A stretch of DNA of 64,000 bases from NCBI GenBank assembly GCA_002633005.1, contig NMRA01000165.1, positions 161,958-225,957 on the forward strand. The letters are read 5' to 3'. A program made the translations under genes and the position numbers. Below, piece by piece: positions 11,594 through 25,100 of this stretch (positions are counted from its first letter, which is position 1; each line of letters opens with the position of its first letter). The stretch is from Phoronis australis. Its lineage: Eukaryota; Animalia; Phoronida. The notes under the pieces are model-generated. The model was given only the letters and a program-made list of their open reading frames with translations. It did not search any database and was not told the origin of the DNA.

Positions 11594-14500
11594 ATGTTGG
11601 TTCGACAAGTACCCAGGTGGTGCAGTGCATTATTGCCATGGAAACCTGGCATGGTACTCAGGGCTTGTGCTTCCACGAAGCCGTTTTATTACCAGGACAT
11701 GTTTGAGGCTGCAAAACCTCTAGACACACCATACAAAAAATTGACTAGTAAGTTTGGTTAGAGGTATGAAGTCTATGTTAACAGTGACACCTCGTGAACT
11801 TTCACAATTTTGTTAATGTTTTTTAATATTTTTTGATTTTAAGCATTGTAATAACGGTGGCTTGAATTGTTCGAAGTTATAGTAAGTAGGCAATGGTGGT
11901 CAATTCATGCTCAATGACTGGTGAGGACTCACTTTCCCTACAAGCTCCTCTGGAAGTGGTTGTCCCTTAAGCATACCATATATATATCTAGGGTTAATGT
12001 GCAGGGTGTTTACATTGATGAGCTCAATAATCAAGGGGTATGTGTTGAATAGGGGCATTTGTACGGTAAAGAATTTTTTTGGAAATTGGGGTGGTGTTCA
12101 TCCGAGCAGTTAATTCAGGTAAACACATCAAATGCATTTAACTATTTAGAACAAATATCGGAAACATTGGTAAATGTTGTTTCATGACATCTACACACTG
12201 CACACCATGTTGTAATAGACTTAAGTCTTCTCAATCTTTAGAAAAAAACAGAGTCCATTAAGCCAAGTATAGCGGTTGACATGGATGAGGATGGCCATTG
12301 ACTTCTATGCACCTCAGCAATGTAGACATTGTAATTGTCTGGGTTGGAGGTTTTGGTTGCCAGTGATTTCTCATTTTATTTCACCCATTGCTTTAACATT
12401 GCAATAAGGTACTATGAAGAGGAAACTTAGGGCACTACAGGACTGTTTCTTTAAGAGTCTGTCTTTTTTGACTTTTGGCTAAAAATAGTCCACGGATGGC
12501 TTTGCCTGTTTCACAAAATTAGACTTATGCTAAAAGTCGGAAGATCTATCTGCAACTCGAAGCCAAAACACATAAATCTGTATCCTGCTTGAAAGCAGGC
12601 CAGAAGCTAAAGGCAAAAGTCAAACAATCAACTTTTGGCTAGTATATACCCTGGTGAGACCGTTGTGAAGTGACCTCGTTAAATCATTAATTGAAAAAAT
12701 TTACATGAAAGAAAAAGTAATGTGATGTAGTTGACAGCATTCATTCATGACGTTTCCTGTAAGTGTCTTGCGGTTCAGTGTTCACCAATGGATTGTGTGT
12801 GATTGTTAAATATTTCAGGCGATTTTGTGACTAAAGTTGAGGTTCAAGGTCATGAGTTCCTTCAAGTTGAACCTCAGGCCTTGACCACCTTGGCATCGCA
12901 AGCATTCGTAGACATCTCCCATTTACTCAGGCCAGCACATCTACAGGTAGGGAATAGAAGATGGTAAAAAAATGCAATTCTTAGCATCTGAAAGTTGATT
13001 TCACTACTGATCATTTCACTACTGAATTTTTTGTGTCTTAATTTGGTTAAATTTGCATGTTTATGTTGCAGTGTGTGCAACAAATGATTGTAGTCTTGGA
13101 GTGAATGTGTGATTCCAATCTTACCCAATTTTTTTAGCTCTCAAGTCTCAGCAGAGCTGTGTTGTTTTTTCTTAATGTTGGCAGAGGTTCTTGTGCACTC
13201 TGAGCTTAGCTTTTCCAAATCTCATAACCAATTGTTAAAAACATTTATGCTGGTAGTATACTACCTATAGACCATTGCACAACCCGTCACAGGTTGATCC
13301 ATTCGATGCTCTCATCAGTAATTAGCCATCAATAACTTTTCATCGTTAAAGCGTTTTAGAGATAGATGAAAGTCATCTAACAATGGTGTACTGTGAAGTT
13401 TGTACTTGGATATGACTGCTATTGTGTGTCGTGATGTTAAAGTAAAAATGCTCCAGTTGAGTAGTCTTTACAATTTGGGACACCAAAATTCACAACTAAA
13501 TTGGATTTTCTTAATTGTGAAGTACTGAATAATGGACTCGTATCTTGAGTTCGTACCCAAGTAGAACAGAAAATGTTTGATTTCAAGTAAAGAGATTGTA
13601 TCCCAGCCCCAGACCTATTACATCCAGTTTCCTGTGAATATAATGGTATATTGAAGTATTATTCCTCCAGCAACTAGCCAACATTTTAAAAGACCCTGAA
13701 GCCTCAAGTAATGACAAATATGTGGCGACAGAGTTCCTAAAGAATGCCAATATCGCAGCAAGCATGGTGCTCCCTGGATGCCAAGACACTGGCACAGCAA
13801 TCGTAATGGGTAGGAAGATAGCTTGAAGACTTGTCTCTCATTGAAAGAAGAATGCACTGTTAGTGTAAACTATGGACTAGTGTTCCATGTTGATATATCA
13901 AGGTTGTGTTTTGGATTAGAAGAGGAACAAAACCTTTGTCATTGCCACCTGTATTGTGTAGTAGAAGCTATTCCTGTATCCTGCCCAAAATTTGTTGCAT
14001 ACAATATATGGGAAGCATGTGATCAAAGCCCCAGGAAAAACTTTTTAATATGTGACACTGGAGTAAAAGTTTAAAAGGGAATGATCTTGTGTGTAGTTAG
14101 GTGGGCCTAAATAGGCACTTGTACAGTGAACAGAAAATTATTCAGTTGTCTATCACTTTGAAACATTGTGTATTTTGTGCTTTCCAGAGGCAGAAGTGAA
14201 ATTTTACTTCTGGGATATAGAATTGCATGTAACTTATTCCTTCCTGGCTGTTTGGGTGATTCTTGTCAACCATGAATTACTGTGTGTACTACAATCACAT
14301 TGATTTCGTTCTCTGTTTTTGTCTTGCAGGTAAGCGAGGCCAGTATGTGATGACAGATGGCGCTGACGCTGAACACTTATCCCGTGGAGTCTACAACACA
14401 TACACACAGAGTAACTTACGATACTCACAGGTGGGTCACGCTGCATACTCATTGAACCATGGTTTGTGGATCAGTGTCAACTGAAGGAGTGGTGGTGATG

Positions 14501-17500
14501 TGGGTGTGAGGTTTGAAAGCTCCCCGCCAGCTTTAACTCAGTCAATTCATTTCCCTTGAAAAATGTACCTGGCTAAGTTAATGAATGTTAAGTGAATGGC
14601 AAGCCTCGACTGGCAGTTTCCATTTACGGACTGGGTAATAACAATGCGTAGTGCTATATCAGGGCTGATACTATCATTAGTATGGCAATAGGTATTTGAC
14701 CATGCAAGGAAACACCTTATTTTTTTAATGACTGCAAAACTCTCAACTGATTGGGTTGTCTCAATAAGAAGTGTACTTTGCTCATGAGCTTGTAATAAAG
14801 GCTATAGTGATCATTCATCATTCGAAAAATGAAATAACCCACTGTTCGTCATTTGACAATGTCTGAAGTCGGATTATGTACTATTAACTCTGGTTCCCAT
14901 GTAGATAGCCTTGTATTTTACCACAGGTATCACCACTTGACATGTACACAGAGGTGAATACTGGTACTAACCTGCCTGCCCAGATTGAGCTGTATGCAAC
15001 ACCTGGTAATGAGTATCACTTCCTATTCATTGCCAAAGGTGGAGGTTCAGCAAATAAGTCATTTCTGTATCAGCAGACCAAGGCACTGTTGAACCCGGAG
15101 AAACTAATGCAATTTGTAGATGAGAAGATCAAGGTAAATACAATCAGAGAACCCAGACCATAAGAAGATAGTTTTATTCAAATCAGCTAGAGAGACTTTG
15201 ACAGAACTCTGCCAAACAATGTTTAACAAACTTTTTGCCTGAATTATTTGGCTGTTTAGTTGAATTTTTATTGCAATGGAATGGATCAGTACCTGTTGAG
15301 ATTTGGTTCAGATTTAACCAGATTTCAGTGAAACTGGGTCAAGTAGAAAAGAAATTTGTCGTGGCTTTGTTTGTCGAAACAAATTTCAACATTATCTAGT
15401 TTATTGTGAAACTGTTGTGGATCTTACTTTGTTGAATTTGCTGGTTGTTGCAATTGAGATGTGACTGTCGTGTCGTAATTTTCGGGTAAGCCAAATGTCT
15501 GAAGTTGAAAGCATTTTTCTCTGTCATAATGGGAACTACATATTTGTTAGTCTGAACAATACTTTTCGAGACATACATGAATTTAAAAATGTAAAACCAA
15601 CATGAAGTTGAAGTCAATATTGTTTCAGCCATAAGTACACACATGGCTTATTCCCTTTGAATTCATAAATGTTAGACAATGCATTATTTTGTCAACCAAT
15701 ATTTCCTCTCTGAACATATTGCTTCTACTTCCCATTCTTAGTGGTCATAAATTGACAGTTGTAGAGTTTAACAACATGTTAAAACATCAGATTCTTTCTT
15801 AGTGGTCAGTGTAAATTGACAATTGTAGAGTTTAGCAAGATGTTAAAACATCAGATTCTTTCTTAGTGGTCAGTATAAATTGACAATTGTAGAGTTTAAC
15901 AAGATGATAAAACATCAGATTCTTTCTTATTGGACAGTATAAATTGACAATAATTGTAGAGTTTAACAACATGTTAAAACATCAGATTCTTTCTTAGTGG
16001 TGAGTATAAATTGACAATTGTAGAGTTTAACAACATGTTAAAACATCAGATTCTTTCTTAGTGGTCTGTATAAATTGACAATCGTAGAGTTTAACAACAT
16101 GTTAAAACATCAGATTCTTTCTTAGTGGTCAGTATAAATTGACAATTATTGAGTTTAACAAGATGTTAAAACATCAGATACAATTATGATTGTCATCCTG
16201 TAGTGACCTTATACATTCATAGTAACTAGTCATAGGGTTCTCATAAAATAATTGTCAAAATTGATATTTTTTCGGTTTCAAAAATGTCCACAACTTTGCA
16301 AAACGTTGTAAAGCATTTGTTTGGTGCTTCTTAATGTTTTATGAAAAAAGTGAATCAATAAAACTTCACTCGTCTGCCATATTGTGTCCCAATTGGTGAG
16401 ATATTATTGTACTCTGTATATTGTGGAACCTGTTACAGCCAACTGGACTCGATTATCACCTTTTGTGAATTGTTCTCACGTTTGATTCAGACATTAGGTA
16501 CAGCTGCCTGCCCTCCTTATCACTTGGCCTTTGTTGTGGGTGGAACATCAGCTGAACTCAACCTGAAGACAGTGAAGTTGGCCTCCACCAAGTACCTGGA
16601 TAACTTACATACCACTGGTGAGTCTGTGCATAGAATACTGAGATTCTTTTTTGGTTTTGCTTCAGTATAATCTTTTGTTTATGACAATTTTTTCAATTTT
16701 GATATAATTGAAACTTCAGAAAAGGTATTACATCTCATGAACTACACTCTTGATGTTGTCCGTGTGGCAGATACAAGGTACATGTAGTATTATAATTAAA
16801 TGGTTAGTGAAACTTAATAACTTTGTGCCTGGGGTAATATATCCTGCTTTCAATCATTAAAAGACCCTAGAGATTACATACACAGCATATCTTTATACTC
16901 ATGCCATCGGTCTTTTAGTTATAAGGTTGTTACTCATGTTTTTGTGATACTCTTGTGACACTTTGCGCCAGATGAAGTCGTTATGTGCTCCATCATTAAA
17001 CAATTATATTGCTCACTTGTGCAGGTAATGAACATGGACGGGCGTTCAGAGACGTTGAACTTGAGGAGCAGATCTTAGAGCTGACTAGGAAGATGGGGAT
17101 AGGAGCACAGTTTGGGGGCAAGTACTTCTGTCATGATGTACGAGTCATCCGCCTGCCTCGCCATGGTGCCTCGTGCCCTGTGGGTATTGGAGTCTCCTGT
17201 TCAGCTGACCGCCAGGTGCGTTGGATGGATTAAACTGAGATACATTTTCTAACTTCTGAATTGGTAGATCTCTGGGCATGCCCTGATGTTACTCATGACA
17301 CCAAGGCGTTTGATGTTAGGATACACAGTGAACATTAGGATACACAGTGAACATGGGTTTCTGAAAGAGAAAGCCTGTTTTGAGTGCTACCATGGTAGTT
17401 GTGACAACAAAGATAAGTGAACTGGTCCACCTCTTAGGGATCAACAGTTATAATACATAGTAATGAGCAATGACACTTATGATTCAAAAAAGTTTACAAG

Positions 17501-20335
17501 CATCTTTGAATAATGTATTTTGAAGGATGTTCAAGCATTGAACTCTCGAGTATTGTGAGTGGACAAGAATTCATACAGCTGATAATGACATTTACATGAA
17601 GAGATGATGTTGAAACTTCAGAAATTTTGTGCTAACTGACTGCTACTTCATCCACCATTCAGTTGATGTGACCTGTTGCCTTTGCAGGCCCATGGTAAAA
17701 TCACAGCGAACGGTGTATTCCTAGAGCAGCTGGAGGCAGACCCCAGTAAATATATGCCAGAGGTGACCACAGACCAATTGAGCTCGGATGTAGTCAAGGT
17801 ATGCCGGTGGAACACATGGTAAAACTATCAGTCCAAGTGTTTAAAAGTCAGCAGAATATCTTTCATTAAACTGGGAATCAAACCCATAATCCTCAACACA
17901 ACAGTGTTATTCTGAGTATGGCGTCGCATCTGGCCAGACTCATTGGCAAGCGTTTACCTGAAGCCTTGTATTTTGCCAGAGCAGTGGGTTGGTTGCTGGA
18001 TTCAGTTTTGTTGTAATCACAGTAGAGATATGGTAGAAGTGTGTTGCTGCATTAGAGCCATCATCTAACGTGACTCACGTCTTATTTTTTTCATTGCTGT
18101 AAGATTGCTCTTGTATGAAAGAAAATCATTAACTTAAACGAAGAAACATGAGGTCCAGACATTATCCAACTTTGTGATAAAGGTCTTCATCCGTGATTTC
18201 CTTTTTAATATATCATCCGGAAGCAATAATATTACAAATACACAGACATCCTCCGGAGTATGTGTAGTTTTGGGTATACCTCAATCCTTGAAAGGGCAGG
18301 AACATAGATGTGATCTCCGTGTATGACGTTTCCTGGTTTAGGAAAACACATCCACACCAGGAAACATTGAAACACCACTTTTTATGATGATATTTTTCAT
18401 GCAGCATAATGTTATTTAGGTTATTTTAAGCATTTTTTTTACTTTTAATAAAATGGTTTTTGTTCATTGATTGACTGATTTTGCCAGGTTGATATCAACC
18501 AGCCCATGCCAGAGGTGTTGAAGGAGTTGTCCAAGTACCCAGTCAAGACCCGGTTGTCTCTGAGTGGCACTCTCATTGTGGCTAGAGACATCGCCCATGC
18601 CAAGTTACAGGAAAGACTGGATAGTGGCGAGGGACTTCCCCAGTATGTCAGGGACCATCCTATTTACTACGCTGGACCTGCCAAAACACCGGATGTGAGT
18701 GGGGCACCCTTGTTTTGGGTCATGCAAGGTCACGTGGGTCTCACACATTGCATCATAGTGTAAAAGAACAAAATGAAGTAGAATACAGTTTTATTCAGGA
18801 AATCACACTTGTGCTGATCCCACTGATAATTGCCTGAAATAATCCCAGCGTTAGTTCCGGCAAATTTTTACTAGGAAAATTTGCTGGGCTTTCTGTCATC
18901 AATTCAATTTTTCATGATTTATTTCAGTTAAATCTATTCATGAGTTTCACTTTTGTTCAATCAATTGAATGTCCAAGCCAGACTGCTCTTGGCCAATGGC
19001 TGTATTGCAGCCTATGCTTCCAGTGTTATGAGTGTTGTAGATGTCTGACAAAGCCAACTGGTGCTACAGAACTGGTTTGGACTCTTGATCACATGGGGAC
19101 ACAACTGATTTGTGGAAATTGTTGTGTAAAAAGATTCCTGCAAAATTTCTGGAATTTTAAAATACATGGGAAGGCAACTACTGTGAACCGTCTAATCTAG
19201 ACCTTTTGCTGCGACCCAAATGAGATTTGAAAAATTGCATAAAATTGGCAAAACACGTGGTTCTTTTGTAGCAATTTGGCTTTTGAGTTTTTGAATTTCT
19301 TTAAATTTAACCATGTTTTAGTGTGCTTCTGGTCTTGTAAATTGTTCATGTAATAAATGATGTGCTTCCTGTAGGGAATGCCAAGTGGTTCATTTGGCCC
19401 TACCACGGCCGGCAGGATGGACTCGTATGTGGAGACATTTCAGGCTGAAGGTGGCAGTATGATCATGCTAGCTAAGGGCAACAGAAGCAAGCAGGTAGTG
19501 TGTGATGTGTGTATGTTTAGCTGGTGATTATTGCCTGGTTGGAACCAACTTAGGAGAAATCTAAGATAATGATCGCCTTGCTGTAAACAGATTAGTTCAA
19601 GGTGCTTGAAAGGCCACTGGGTGGTTTTAACATCATGAATGTTTTCATATGGAATGGATATATTGAGCTATAATTGTAAAGCCAGCTCTGTTTCTGTCTT
19701 TTTGATAAACCTTCTTATCTCAGAATATTTGGGGTGCTGACTTCGAGATGAGGATTGAAGTTTCCAGAAAAAAGACAATGCAATATGGGTAATCAACATC
19801 ATAACTGTTACTTTGCCAGGTGACCAATGCCTGCAAGAAACACGGTGGATTTTACTTGGGTTCTATTGGTGGTCCAGCAGCTGTGTTAGCCAAGAACTCT
19901 ATCAAGAAAGTAGAAGTGCTGGAATATCCTGAACTGGGTACGTGTAATTCAATTTAAATGTGAAGTTTATTGTGACAGTCAGCAAATCATCTGACATTCA
20001 CAGACATTGGTGCTCTGTTTCAGTTGTCTTTTGTTTGGACTATTGTACTGTGTGTCATCCATGAACAGTTACATCAGGTGTCGCAATGTAAAACGAAAAA
20101 AGATGTATTTTATCGTTTACAGTTGTATGGGTTATATGCTGCATGGTAGAGTTTAAAGCTATAGTTACTACAATCATCCTCAATCTCTGCATAATCTTTG
20201 TCAACATTATTTCAGAGGTGATTTTTATTTGTAGGAATGGAAGCTATCTGGAAGGTGGAAGTGGAAGATTTCCCAGCATTCATAGTAGTGGATGACAAAG
20301 GAAATGACTTCTTCAAAGAATGGTTATCGGATTAA
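11594..20335 (+). CDS. fumA: Class I (FumA/FumB-type, [4Fe-4S]) fumarate hydratase with N-terminal mitochondrial-like presequence, 12 coding exons, 567 aa
   Basis: Exons 11594-11747, 12819-12946, 13671-13809, 14330-14430, 14927-15133, 16491-16617, 17025-17215, 17688-17798, 18488-18694, 19375-19494, 19820-19937, 20235-20335. All are GT-AG and phase-consistent, with no internal stop. Motifs [45 protein letters not shown] and DDKGNDFF are collinear with E. coli FumA as recalled. Confidence 0.95.
15733..16178. repeat. Minisatellite, about 64-bp unit x about 7, in fumarase intron
   Basis: Unit ATTCTTTCTTAGTGGTCAGTATAAATTGACAATTGTAGAGTTTAACAACATGTTAAAACATCAG; copies start at about 15791, 15855, 15919, 15986, 16050 and 16114, plus a partial first copy. 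Confidence 0.9.
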
Positions 20336-22101
20336 AGGCTCATGGCTTTTGGAATGGCTGTGCTAAATTGCTTGTTTTATGTCAAATAATTCAAATGCTG
20401 CCATGTATACAAAATGTTTTTCTCAAGCTTCTTGGCACGCACCAGTCACTGGGTCCCCCGAATCAGCCTGCAGACATCGTCAGTTCAGGTACAAAATGAG
20501 TCTTCTCATAGGGGTTTTTTGAGCCCATCAGCAGAGCAGTGTTTTAAATAAACGAAAGGTCTGAATCAGCCATTGGCATGTAAATTTTCATGGTTGTGGT
20601 GTGAAGTTTTATAACAGTCAGCTATACATCTTTAGACAAGCAAGAACGGAAATAGGTGGGTGACTGGTTGCAGGTTGACAGGCCGAGTGACACCACAACA
20701 TTGGACAGATTTTTGCTGCAGACATGTAAGAAGTGAGAAACAGAGGATGTGTGAGAAAATGCATTGCTAAGTGCTTTAATCATTGATTATTTGAAATGAG
20801 ATTTGACATGCTTCTGAAACCATTTGGTTTAGAAGGTAGTATTTCAGTTTGATGGGGTTTTCCACAAAGCTGCAAAATAGTAATTGTTTTATTACATTTA
20901 CTAATTTATAAAACTTGAACGCTATTTTTGATCTCAAAATAGAAGATTACTGAATTTGAAAAATGTTGATTTAGCATTGAGCTGTTAATAGTCACACTCG
21001 AGATTTAAGTTTCGCAATGTCATCAAAGTAAAGAAGAGAATATATACATTTGAATAGTGTTGACATTATGTCTTAATTTTAATGTATGGCAAAATTGAAT
21101 TCGTTAAAGAAAAAACTTCTTGTTTTAGTTTATTTGTGCTGACAAAACTTATTTCACAATCCCAATGAGATAACATTTGATTGCCACCTGGTGAAATGCA
21201 ATGCGCCAATCGTTATCTTGAAATTTGAGCACTTCAGGTGACACTGTTTGAGCCAATAGCTAAACATTAACTCAGTGATCCCTAATTCTTTGTTATTTCA
21301 GTCAATACATGGGGCATCAAAATAAGACATTGAAGAAAACGTTTAATGAATCCTTTTATGTAAAAGATAATTTAAAAAATGGTAAAATTTGAGGTGCTCA
21401 AAATCCAGAAAAATGTTTACTCACACCAATGTCAGATAATAAATTGGAAATATAATTAAAGCCAAAAGGATAAAAACTGAAATCGTGCAATGATGGTATT
21501 CTGTTTTTCATATGATTTCGTCATTGATTTAATTTCACATTTTTGCCAGAGCTGTCTCTGCTTAGCTGGCTGTCGGAGATCTCACTTTGTTTATTGATTT
21601 GTAGTAGGCAGACCAAAATAAAAATTTGAATACTAAAAATTCAATGATAAGTTAAAACTTTCAGACCCCTTATTAAAGTAAAAATATTAAAAAGTGAACA
21701 GTATAGGACGGAAAGTACAAATTGCTTCAGATTATGTCGATTTCTGCTTTTTAGTCGAACTTTGATCAAATTACTGATGATGAGAATAGTTGCCTGAATG
21801 TTGTAAACTGCTTTTATTTACTGATGCTTCCTCTGATCTTGGTTTTGTCATTGTTGTTTTGAGTCTTATAGAAATAAACATTTATATGGTAACAAAAATG
21901 TAATATCTTACAATTAAAACTGTTTGAAAACATTTTGACATTATGGAACACTGTGTGAAATAGAATGACAATGACACACCTTCAATTGTTGGCTACACAG
22001 ACAATTTTCACTGTGCTTGGGTGATGACAAACGTTTATATCCTATAGTATAGCTCCATCCAGAACTGTCACTGAATGTTTGCATGACATGCTGTAGAGAG
22101 A

Positions 22102-25100
22102 TTAACTGTCCACTTGGTCTGAACTGTCCTTTGAGCTAGATTTTCCAGAACATTCGTGTCCTGTGTCATCTGTATTGCCTGAGGACTCGTGTTCAACTTT
22201 TAACCTTTTGGCCTTGCTTTCTGCCATCACTTGCTCTATTGTTCTTAGGTCCCTTTTGTTTTCACTGGGTACTATAAGAAAAGAATTAAAAACTTGATCA
22301 AAATTGACTTCAAACGTACACCACAAAAACATAATTTTCTGGCTCATTTGGCTGACAACATTCAGCATAGACTCACTGCATGTTACCCTGTTTAGCTGGC
22401 AAAAAACAAAAATTGAATTAAGCACTGGTCTCGCAATATTCCGTACCATAATAGGATTCCATTTCCGTTGGCAACAAGAACATCAAAAACCACCAATTCA
22501 AGAAAATGCTTCAGAATTTACTGGGGTGGACGAACCATAAAACTGGAAGTCAACACTGGTGCACATAAGCATTATCTGTTACTGGCTCATTCATCAACAA
22601 TATAAGATGGGATGAGCGTGGTAATGTTTTTGAAACCCTGTTAAGAATTCAACATTGACAGAAAACAGCTGTGAAATGCCTCATTGATAGACAAACAAAT
22701 AACTGAGTATTTAGCCGAGTTATCGCTTGCTGGCAACACACAGTGTTGGTATATTCATACACCAATTAAAGTCAGAAATGCGAATGCCTGATCTAAATCA
22801 TTGAATACACAACTCAGAAATGTTTAAGCATGTTAAAGAGCATTTGAACACATGCAGTAAAACTAACCAAGCTCCAAGTTGACTACTGTAACACAAAAAC
22901 AAGTACAAGCATCACAACCTGTCCAACGTTAATTAAACAACACATTTGACTATCGAAAGGTAACAATTTTCTTTGATGGCCTTCACTATTTTCCCACATT
23001 ACTGAACATTAATTTGTAAAGACATATTGAGCTTTTTAGGTAATATGACTATTGCCACGAGACATAATGTCGAGTGTCAAAGTTTAGATTTCATTTTGCA
23101 ACAGTACAAAAATTAAATTGAGAAATAGGGAAGCTACTAATTCTTGCTTTCCATAGATATTATTGTTGCTGGTTCACTCTTATTTAATCTTGCTATGAGA
23201 TGACCCACTGAGGTAGTGCTCAGTAGAGCTAGGCAAAAGCAATCGTTGTTGGTGTTACCTTTAGTAACAAGAGCAACGCGCAGCGTTGAAATGCGCTCAC
23301 GAATGCATTGCAAATGGTGTGCTTTTAGGGTTATTTATTTGTATCAAAAATGGCCACTAGATGGCGCAAAAACATCCAAAAACAGGAACATGCCATATTT
23401 CATAAAAATCTGTCAAGGAACTTCAGAGAAGCAAAGGACATTGGCACTAGTGGGCACAGTGCCCGTTGGATTCGACTGAAAGTCATCGTCTGTTGTTATC
23501 TTCATATTAGTACACTTAATAAATCTGATAAAGATCCTGCAGTGGGTTTAGGAGATCCAACTATGGGCGCAAAACAAAACTACCACTAGGAGGTGCCACA
23601 GTAGTCAGTCACCATCATCAAAGGTCGTCTTCACAATGAGAACATATATGCCAATTTTCAAATGATTTGGTTGATACACTGAGGAGTGGACGCCAAACAC
23701 AAGATTTGAAAACAACAAAAATGGCCACTAGGTGGTGCAAAATACCTCCATTCCATCCAAAAACAGGAAGACAGTGTCATCACACCAATACATGCCTATA
23801 TTTAAAATTCTATAAAAATCTGTGGAGGACCTTTGAAGATACAGAGTTAAATGTAAAAACTAAAATTGTTACTAGGGGGCAAAACAGTAGTCAGATCTGT
23901 TCAAAAGTCGTCGTTGTCCGTAGTCAACATCATATCAATACACTTGCTAAATTAAGTAAAGATCGTGCAAATAGTTTAGGAGACAGCTATGAGCGCAAAA
24001 AATGCCACTAGGAGGTGCCCCAGTAGTCAAAGTCGTCAGAAAATCATCGTCAGCCGTCCACTTCATAGTAAAAACATAGATGCCAATTTTCACAATTATC
24101 CTCAAAACGGTTTGGTTGATAGATTAGTGGATGCCAAAAAACTCGAAAACAGTAAAAATGGCCACTAGGTGGCGCAAACTAGGTGGAATTTATTTGAAAA
24201 CGGAGAGATAGTGACAGGGCGCTGCGGTTGGCACCACAAATTTGTAAAAAGAGCCCCAACACTAATTTCCAACAGATACCCCTGGGGGTTTTTGGATGCA
24301 AAATCATTTTCCGAAATAGCTCCCTGAAAAAAAATGTATTGCACTTTGAACTGTGACACCCACAATCACAGCCTGACAAATGAATGTATGTGTAAGACGA
24401 TGCTCAGTCATGGTGTTAACAAATCTAGAGAAAATCTTAATAGTCCTTAGTTTTTCCAAAAATACAATGCAATGCTAAGTGAATTCCATGATGATGATAA
24501 ATTGGCTAGTTATCAAATCATACCAAATGTTGTCCGTAGACACTAAATAATAAATCAGTAACTCACCAAACCCATAACTCTTGTTTGCAGTTGTTAATTT
24601 AGCGGCATCCTTAGCAGACTCCTTCCCCAGTATATGTTCATATTTGTTTTGATAATTCCCCTGAGGAACAGCTCCTGCTGCTTTGACTGGCTTTAGCTTC
24701 TGCAGCTCTTTTTGACGCTCCTTGAAAAATACACAACACACCACAGTAAAGTATACAGTAGATATCTACTTAAGTTGGACATGTTTTTGGAAGATTTCTG
24801 ATGCAAAGTCTTGGCATCTGAAACTCTCAGTAATACTGACCGGCACTTACTTTTACAAGCAGAGTAATTTAGAAGTGATTTAAGTTGAACACTTGGTAGA
24901 CAATGACGCAAACTTGGTATTGTACTTTTTACAAGCCAGCTTATACTCGCTCATAATCTCTTTACAATCTCCTATCTTTGAGTGAGCAGTTGTGAAGCAG
25001 ATCACCAAGAGCAGGGGTATTCCTGGACTGTGCCTTTTTGCCATTAGCGCATAAAAAAATAAAAAGGCACAAGTGCATTGCAGCACTGAGCCCCTCGGCC

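Noticed and set aside
11612-11640. Possible iron-responsive element (CAGTGC) near the start of the Fe-S fumarase
   Set aside because: It lies in coding sequence; there is no 5-bp upper stem closing a CAGUGN loop and no bulged C.
15733-16178. CRISPR-like array
   Set aside because: Units are contiguous with no unique spacers; eukaryotic intron; no cas genes.
11594-20335. Fumarase as bacterial contamination or very recent HGT
   Set aside because: It has eleven GT-AG introns, a presequence, host-like composition and a shared promoter with akirin.
21765-21838. C/D-box snoRNA-like motifs (ATGATGA ... CTGA)
   Set aside because: It lies between two 3' ends rather than in an intron, and no rRNA complementarity was recognised; such boxes arise by chance.
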